This document shows positions 7,686 through 12,664 of a stretch of 12,664 bases of DNA, one piece after another. Position numbers and translations under genes: made by a program. The notes beneath the pieces were generated by a model, which worked only from the letters and a program-made list of their open reading frames with translations, was not told where the DNA came from and made no database searches. Source of the DNA: Candidatus Hydrogenedentota bacterium (GTDB taxonomy: Bacteria > Hydrogenedentota > Hydrogenedentia > Hydrogenedentales > GCA-2746185); NCBI GenBank assembly GCA_046583315.1, contig JAYGCN010000161.1, positions 1 to 12,664 on the forward strand, in the 5' to 3' direction. Each line of letters begins with the position of its first letter. Position 1 is the stretch's first letter.

Positions 7686-8957
7686 ATGTTTCGAGGGTGG
7701 TGTATACTCGTTTTATCGATTTTCGTCGCGGTTGTTGGTGTTGCAGAGGAAGAAAAGCGCTGGTTCAAGGGCAATACGCATACGCATACGCTGTGGAGCG
7801 ATGGTGATGCCGCGCCGGAGCTGGTGGTGGATTGGTATAAATCCCACGGCTTTGATTTTCTGTGTATTTCTGAGCACAACATTTTCGCGGCGGGGCATAT
7901 TCAGCGCTGGTACCCGATTTCCGAGGAGACGCACTTGACGCCTGAGCGTGTGCAGCAACTGCGCGAGCGCTTCGGGCACGATTCGGTCGAAACCAAACAC
8001 GAACACGGGCGCGACTACATGCGGCTGAAAACGCTTCCGGAGCTGAAGGATCAATTTGAGGAGGCTGGGTCGTTTCAGATGATTCCTGCGCAGGAAATCA
8101 CGTCCAATTTTCCGCCGGTCCACGTGAACGCGATCAACATTCGTGAGCTGGCTCCAGCGGTGAACTTTGTGGATACGCAGGAAGGCTTCGTGGCCAATCT
8201 TGAGTTCGTGCGCAATCAGGGGGAACGATTCGGTGTGCCGACCTTTGCACATTTCAATCATCCCAATTGGAGCGAGGGGTATCGCGTTGAAGATACGCTG
8301 CCCATTGACGGTCCACTCACCTTCGAGATTTTCAATGGGCACCCCTACGTGTTGAATTTCGGCGATGCAGAACGACACATGGTGTCTAATGATCGTTTTT
8401 GGGACATCATGCTTGCGATCCGGCTGAAGCGTGACCCGAAAAATATTCTGTATGGCATTGGCGTGTCGGATTCGCACGAATACTTCAAGATCGGACCGAA
8501 AGAGGCCAACCCGGGTCGTGGCTGGACGATGGTGCGCGCGGCAGCGTTGACTCCTGAGGCACTTATTGAGTCGTTGAATGCGGGAGACTTCTATGCGTCG
8601 TCGGGCGTGATGTTGAAGGGCGTGGAATCGGATGCGAAATCCTACACGGTTTCCATTGATGCGGAACCGGGTGCCAAATACGAGACGATTTTCATCGGCA
8701 CTCGGAAGGGATTTGACGATAACTCGTCTGCGATTCTGGATGATGATGGCAAGCCTCGCGACGACGTGACCCGGCAGTATAGCGAGGAAATCGGCGAAGT
8801 ACTCCTACGCACGCAGGATAACCCGGCGACCTACACCTTTTCCGGGGATGAAATGTATGTGCGCGCGAAAGTGGTGTCCTCGAAAGAACTCGACAACCCC
8901 TTCCAGGAAGGCGGCACGCAGATGGCGTGGACGCAGCCGGTGTTGGTGAGTCGGTAG
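7686..8957 (+). CDS. Secreted PHP-domain metallohydrolase/phosphoesterase (CehA/McbA-like; often annotated histidinol-phosphatase)
   Basis: Signal peptide MFRGWCILVLSIFVAVVGVA; PHP motifs WFKGNTHTHTLWSDGD, FLCISEHN, QEIT, HVNA, NHPN, FEIFNG, SDSH, GDFYASSG. AAAGGA at 7674-7679 favours start 7686 over 7668. Confidence 0.85.
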   Translation: MFRGWCILVLSIFVAVVGVAEEEKRWFKGNTHTHTLWSDGDAAPELVVDWYKSHGFDFLCISEHNIFAAGHIQRWYPISEETHLTPERVQQLRERFGHDSVETKHEHGRDYMRLKTLPELKDQFEEAGSFQMIPAQEITSNFPPVHVNAINIRELAPAVNFVDTQEGFVANLEFVRNQGERFGVPTFAHFNHPNWSEGYRVEDTLPIDGPLTFEIFNGHPYVLNFGDAERHMVSNDRFWDIMLAIRLKRDPKNILYGIGVSDSHEYFKIGPKEANPGRGWTMVRAAALTPEALIESLNAGDFYASSGVMLKGVESDAKSYTVSIDAEPGAKYETIFIGTRKGFDDNSSAILDDDGKPRDDVTRQYSEEIGEVLLRTQDNPATYTFSGDEMYVRAKVVSSKELDNPFQEGGTQMAWTQPVLVSR

Positions 8958-9153
8958 GGCTAGGGGTTAAAACCATTTCGTCATTTTGGTTGTCAAAACG
9001 TGAATGGATTTGGGATTTTGGAACATTCGCCATCGGCTTGCCGTATGCATTATTATAGAGAGACGACAGACGAGCCGAATCTGCCCATTGTTTTGATCTG
9101 GGTATGTTATGGCCTCTAACTCGGTGCGCTGTAGTCGTTTAGAACGGAAAAAG

Positions 9154-9182
9154 GGAACTTTATTCATCCCATGGGGTTCAAA
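9154..9182 (+). promoter_or_regulatory. SigmaE/ECF-type promoter upstream of the ECF sigma gene (likely autoregulatory)
   Basis: GGAACTT (9154-9160) - 17 nt - TCAAA (9178-9182), close to the RpoE consensus GGAACTT-N16/17-TCAAA, ending 43 nt before the ATG. Confidence 0.7.
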
Positions 9183-9225
9183 CCAACAATCGTGAGACGG
9201 CGCTACCTGCAGAATACGAGCATAC

Positions 9226-9804
9226 ATGAGTGAACACTCGGATTGGGAGTTGGTAGCGATGGCCAGCGATGGCGACATGGACGCGTTTACTGAGCTTACG
9301 CAACGGTATCAGCGTCCGGTGATTCACTTTTGCCAACGAATGGTGAAATCTCGCGAGGATGCCGAAGATATTGCGCAGGAAAGTTTTGTGCGGGTCTTCC
9401 GATATTTGAATCGACTCACACCCTCAGCGAAGTTTTCGACCTTGCTGTTTGGTATTGCGCGCAATCTGACACTTAATTTCATTCGCGATGCTGGACGACG
9501 GGGACGTGGTATTACCTATTCATTGAGCGAAGATGACGGCCAGGAGCGGGTTCTGGAAGATGAGAGCATGCGGCCGGATCGTGGTGCCCGATTGAACGAA
9601 ATCGATGCGATGATCCAGGAGGGCCTGTCTATGTTGTCGCCGAAACATCGTGAAGTACTTGTGTTACGCGAGCTGAATGGTCTGGATTACAACACCATTG
9701 CTGAGATTGTGAAGTGCCGGAAGGGTACTGTTAAGAGTCGTATTGCCCGTGCTCGTGAGCAATTACGGAAAAATATGGAATCCTTGGGCGCAGAAAACCT
9801 ATAA
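9226..9804 (+). CDS. ECF sigma-70 family RNA polymerase sigma factor (RpoE/SigW-like)
   Basis: Region 2: GDMDAFTELTQRY...DAEDIAQESFVRVF...FSTLLFGIARN. Region 4: LSPKHREVLVLRELNGLDYNTIAEIVKCRKGTVKSRIARAREQL. 192 aa. Confidence 0.96.
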   Translation: MSEHSDWELVAMASDGDMDAFTELTQRYQRPVIHFCQRMVKSREDAEDIAQESFVRVFRYLNRLTPSAKFSTLLFGIARNLTLNFIRDAGRRGRGITYSLSEDDGQERVLEDESMRPDRGARLNEIDAMIQEGLSMLSPKHREVLVLRELNGLDYNTIAEIVKCRKGTVKSRIARAREQLRKNMESLGAENL

Positions 9805-9831
9805 TCAATAATGAACGAACTGGAGTAGACC

Positions 9832-10527
9832 ATGTCAGACCACATTGAAACGGAAGAACTATCGGCTTATCTGGATGGTGAATCAGGCAATAATACGCTG
9901 ATCGAAGACCATTTACAGAAGTGTGACACTTGTTCGAGCCGAATGGTTTCAATGCAATCCCTTGTAGAGGTGGTTCAGGCCCTGCCCGAACCGGACGTGC
10001 ATGTAGCTTTCGCTACGCGGGTTCGTGCGACGATTGAAGAGCGCGGAAACGATACGACACCGATTCGTGTTCGCCGTTGGGTGATGAGCGTATCCGGATT
10101 GGCGGCGGTTGCTATTTTTGTGGTCGCTATTTTCCCGCAGAATGGATCGGCTCCAACAGTTCAGCCGACTTCCGCTCCGGCGACCTATGCCGCACTGGAT
10201 AGGGTCGAGAGCATCCTTCAGCAGGACGAAGCTGAGTTGGCCGCGAGACTGGAATCCAGTTTGGCGCGTGAATGGGTCAGTGGTTCTATCATATCTGCGG
10301 CGTATCAGGTGGCCGAGCTTGAGCATGAAAGTAGTGACTCCGAAATTCTGGCGGCTGCGTTAAGCGAATCCGAGCCCGCAATTCTTCTCGATAGTTTATG
10401 GTTGGGTAAGACGGATTCTACGACAGAAATTCATCGCCTGACTCCCCGGCAGTCTGATCTGTTCAAGCAGATACTGGTCGTAAATGCTCGTGAAGTATTG
10501 CTCGGAGACGCAGCCTTTGAAGGCTAA
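9832..10527 (+). CDS. Membrane-anchored zinc-binding anti-sigma factor (zf-HC2/ZAS)
   Basis: HIETEELSAYLDGE...EDHLQKCDTC (H...HxxxCxxC); single TM segment WVMSVSGLAAVAIFVVAIFP; C-terminal extracytoplasmic region; SD GGAG at 9822-9825; directly after the ECF gene. Confidence 0.9.
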   Translation: MSDHIETEELSAYLDGESGNNTLIEDHLQKCDTCSSRMVSMQSLVEVVQALPEPDVHVAFATRVRATIEERGNDTTPIRVRRWVMSVSGLAAVAIFVVAIFPQNGSAPTVQPTSAPATYAALDRVESILQQDEAELAARLESSLAREWVSGSIISAAYQVAELEHESSDSEILAAALSESEPAILLDSLWLGKTDSTTEIHRLTPRQSDLFKQILVVNAREVLLGDAAFEG

Positions 10528-10537
10528 AGGGAACGGA

Positions 10538-11578
10538 ATGCGCACGTTACTCATTGCCGCATTGGTAGTCGGTCTGTCCGGCACAGTATTCGCCCAGAAA
10601 CCCCCTCAAGAAGAGAATGCTTTTCTGCAGGTACAAGCGGATCAGCAGAGCTTTCTGGATAATTTGGGGGTCGGTGAACAAGACCTCTATGATCTGATTC
10701 AGGACTACATGCTCGTGCGAATCCAGAGCGTAATCGATCTCACGGATGTTCAAACGATCGAGTTGATGAAACGTGCTGGCGGCTACAAGGATCAGCTGAC
10801 GCGTCTGAAATTCCAACGCGGTATGCTCATTGCGCAGCTGCGCATGCAGACGGATGGCAATGCGGACGAATCCCTCATTGCGGCTACTCTGGAGAATATT
10901 CTTGCCAACGAGCAACAGACGGTTGTTACGTTGGGCAAATTGGTGAGCGAATCTGGCAGTATTTTGAGCGTGCCTCAACAGGCCCAATTGTATTTGTTTG
11001 TAGGCGATTTTGAGCAGGAAATTCGGCGTATGGCGACTCATGCAAAGCGCATTGAGGAACAGGGCCATAGTAAATACACCAAAGAACTTCATAATGAAGT
11101 TCAGGAATTTGATGACAACGAACAGGCTGCGTTTCGCACGCTCGTAGAGCAGAAAACGACGGGTCTGGATATTCAGGATCGTGAACAAAAGAATATTATC
11201 GAACTGGTGGATGCCTGGCTGGTCGTACGCCTGAATTCTGAACTTGAGTTGACTGCGGAAGAAACCGTTCTACTATTTGCAAAAGTGGGCACGCACAAAG
11301 ATCAGCTACACGAAATGAAATGGCTCATTGCGGATGCGCGGGCAGAGCTTCGAAAAGCCATCATGGCGAACGAAGAGGATGAGCTGATTCAGGGCATGCT
11401 GGACAATATGCTCCTGCGCGAACAGGCGATCGTCCAATTGGTCAAAAGCTTCATCAGCGAGTCCCAGAAGAGCATATCCATCACGCGCTCGGCGAAACTG
11501 TTCCTGTTTCTGGGCGAATTCGAGCTTGAAGTAATTGATCTTATTGAAGTCGCCTCCTCCATGAATGCGCAGGACTAA
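10538..11578 (+). CDS. Periplasmic all-helical protein with two tandem Spy/CpxP/heavy-metal-sensor-like repeats
   Basis: Signal peptide MRTLLIAALVVGLSGTVFA-Q from ATG 10538 (ORF track starts at 10484, inside the previous gene); two ~115-aa repeats that align without gaps; LTxxQ-like motifs LTDVQ, LSVPQQ and LTAEE. The fold assignment is inferred. Confidence 0.65.
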   Translation: MRTLLIAALVVGLSGTVFAQKPPQEENAFLQVQADQQSFLDNLGVGEQDLYDLIQDYMLVRIQSVIDLTDVQTIELMKRAGGYKDQLTRLKFQRGMLIAQLRMQTDGNADESLIAATLENILANEQQTVVTLGKLVSESGSILSVPQQAQLYLFVGDFEQEIRRMATHAKRIEEQGHSKYTKELHNEVQEFDDNEQAAFRTLVEQKTTGLDIQDREQKNIIELVDAWLVVRLNSELELTAEETVLLFAKVGTHKDQLHEMKWLIADARAELRKAIMANEEDELIQGMLDNMLLREQAIVQLVKSFISESQKSISITRSAKLFLFLGEFELEVIDLIEVASSMNAQD

Positions 11579-11623
11579 TCCCTTCGTTGCATCAATGCGT
11601 ATTCCCCGTTCCCCTTTTCCTAA

Positions 11624-11637
11624 TGATATGATACGAT
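11624..11637 (+). promoter_or_regulatory. Putative extended -10 promoter for the tRNA
   Basis: Overlapping TGaTATGAT (11624-11632) and TGaTACGAT (11629-11637) just upstream of the tRNA; no good -35. Confidence 0.4.
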
Positions 11638-11649
11638 TCGTTTCCGCAA

Positions 11650-11726
11650 GGGCGATTAGCTCAGCTGGTTAGAGCGCTGCCTTCACACGGCAGAGGCCGG
11701 GGGTTCGAGTCCCTCATCGCCCACCA
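11650..11726 (+). tRNA. tRNA-Val(CAC)
   Basis: Acceptor stem GGGCGAT/ATCGCCC; D arm GCTC-AGCTGGTTA-GAGC; anticodon stem CTGCC/GGCAG with loop TTCACAC; T loop TTCGAGT; discriminator A and encoded CCA; 77 nt. Confidence 0.98.
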
Positions 11727-11736
11727 TTTATATTCA

Positions 11737-11765
11737 ATTATACCAGTCATTTTTGGTATTCTGAA
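11737..11765 (-). promoter_or_regulatory. Outward-facing sigma70 promoter pointing antisense into the tRNA
   Basis: On the minus strand: TTCAGA (11765-11760) - 17 nt - TATAAT (11742-11737), with a TG extension at 11745-11744. Confidence 0.5.
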
Positions 11766-11793
11766 AGTTTCGTACTTCAGGCTCATCGCAACT

Positions 11794-11813
11794 CTAATCC
11801 CATACTAATCCCA
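11794..11813. repeat. Direct repeat CTAATCCCA x2 (11-bp period), candidate integrase arm-type sites
   Basis: Exact copies at 11794-11802 and 11805-11813, about 70 bp from the tRNA 3' end. Confidence 0.6.
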
Positions 11814-11944
11814 AGTTGGACTATTCGTGAGCGGAATCGGGCAACGTGGTTCAGTTTCCGCGCGGGTAGCGGGTTGGCGCGGTTTCATCCTACCCCAACT
11901 AATTCACCCTGTTTATTTTCGGCTTATCGCCAATAGGATTTGAT

Positions 11945-12511
11945 TTAGTTTTCGTAGCCAAGCAATCCGTACAGCTCTTTCAAGAGTTCGTCTTTTTCCA
12001 GTTGCGTCAGGCTTCTACCTAGCCCTTCTTCCCGCCTATCCAACTCATTCCGAAATACCTCAAAGGCTTGGCCCTGAACGCACGACATCAATAATACGAA
12101 ATAACCTTTCTCTGCCTCGTTATCAACTTCCAGTTGCGTCAGGCTCCTGCCTAGCCTTTCTTCTGCCTTTTTCACCTCCTCCCAGTACTCTGCCTCGTTA
12201 TCAACTTCCCTTATTTGCTCCGGTGTCAGAGTCGATTCTCCCCTTTGTTTCTCCCCAAGTGTCGTCCCACCTTGTTCCTTCAAATCACGTTCTTCCTGGA
12301 TACGAACGTAAATAATTGGCGAAACCAAATATGAAACCGCTGCTACTAAAAACAATACGAATACCCAGACAAATACATTCTTGACTAAGGGCTTCTTCTT
12401 TCGGGCTTTGCCTTTCGCAACTTCCCACGAAACCTTACACCCGCAATTCGGGCAAGCCTTCGCGCCATCGGAAACCTCTTTCCCGCAGTCTGGACACTGT
12501 ATCAAAGCCAT
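11945..12511 (-). CDS. Zinc-ribbon domain membrane protein
   Basis: N-terminal MALIQCPDCGKEVSDGAKACPNCG (CxxC-x10-CxxC); basic stretch; one TM helix; Glu-rich repetitive C-terminus; SD-like AGGGA upstream. Confidence 0.85.
   Translation of the reverse strand: MALIQCPDCGKEVSDGAKACPNCGCKVSWEVAKGKARKKKPLVKNVFVWVFVLFLVAAVSYLVSPIIYVRIQEERDLKEQGGTTLGEKQRGESTLTPEQIREVDNEAEYWEEVKKAEERLGRSLTQLEVDNEAEKGYFVLLMSCVQGQAFEVFRNELDRREEGLGRSLTQLEKDELLKELYGLLGYEN
11996..12209. repeat. Two interleaved intragenic direct repeats
   Basis: 36-bp pair at 11996-12031 / 12128-12163 (3 mismatches; EE(R/G)LGRSLTQLE) and an exact 22-bp pair at 12110-12131 / 12188-12209 (EVDNEAE). Confidence 0.9.
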
Positions 12512-12521
12512 GATTCAATCC

Positions 12522-12662
12522 CTATTTCCGCAGTATCGCTAGAAGGATACCGAGTCCGACCAGCGACGCGCCGAAGGTTGATGCCCGCTCGGCGGCACTG
12601 AGTAACCCAATATTTAATATGTCAGAGTCCGGGGCGGCTCCCTCATAGAAGAAGGCAGAGTA
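12522..12662 (-). CDS. C-terminal part of a small membrane protein (5' truncated by the window edge; not in the ORF track)
   Basis: Open frame from the window edge: YSAFFYEGAAPDSDILNIGLLSAAERASTFGASLVGLGILLAILRK*. It ends in a TM helix plus RK, and its stop lies 10 nt before the zinc-ribbon ATG, overlapping its SD. Confidence 0.6.
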   Translation of the reverse strand, partial: YSAFFYEGAAPDSDILNIGLLSAAERASTFGASLVGLGILLAILRK

Positions 12663-12664
12663 GC

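Larger units (their letters stand above)
11727..12664. mobile_element. Probable end of a tRNA-integrated genomic island or prophage
   Basis: Begins right after the tRNA CCA; AT-richer; no terminator hairpin; tandem 9-bp repeats; prophage-type zinc-ribbon membrane cargo. No integrase or second att copy is inside the window. Confidence 0.55.

Noticed and set aside
8958..9000. Intrinsic terminator after the PHP gene
   Set aside because: Only weak AT-rich pairings (AACCA..TGGTT); no GC stem followed by a U tract.
8967..9278. 103-aa minus-strand ORF over the ECF promoter region
   Set aside because: Overlaps the sigma start and promoter, atypical composition, no motif.
9811..9828. Mini-ORF MNELE* in frame with and just before the anti-sigma gene
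   Set aside because: No SD of its own, and it simply spans the anti-sigma SD; no evidence of translation or readthrough.
11782..11789. CTCATCGC matching tRNA 11713-11720 as a degenerate att copy
   Set aside because: Only 8 bp with non-matching flanks; could be a scar but cannot be told apart from chance.
11805..11888. 27-codon minus-strand ORF MKPRQPATRAETEPRCPIPLTNSPTWD
   Set aside because: Short, no recognisable features, overlaps the candidate arm repeats; no integrase motifs seen in this region.
11996..12209. Repeats as a CRISPR array or DGR template/variable pair
   Set aside because: Only two copies of each, in frame inside a CDS, with no regular spacers; mismatches are not adenine-specific in one copy; no cas or reverse transcriptase gene is seen.

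Overview
Bacterial chromosomal window. It carries: the 3' part of mfd, followed almost directly by an uncharacterised DUF1592-type c-type cytochrome / DUF1552 (HxxSHH) gene pair; a convergent sodium:solute symporter with a small membrane partner; a divergently transcribed secreted beta-lactamase-like serine hydrolase and a secreted PHP-type metallohydrolase; and a three-gene ECF sigma / zinc-binding anti-sigma / periplasmic helical protein module. That module has a sigmaE-like promoter, and its third gene is an internal tandem duplication of a Spy/CpxP-like domain. tRNA-Val(CAC) follows. Past the tRNA the DNA looks like the edge of an integrated element: AT-richer sequence, 9-bp direct repeats, an outward-facing sigma70 promoter, a zinc-ribbon membrane protein with recent internal duplications, and a partial membrane-protein ORF absent from the ORF track. 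All family calls come from motif recognition by eye, with no database search. Gene content is consistent with a Planctomycetota/Hydrogenedentota-like organism, but this is not established.
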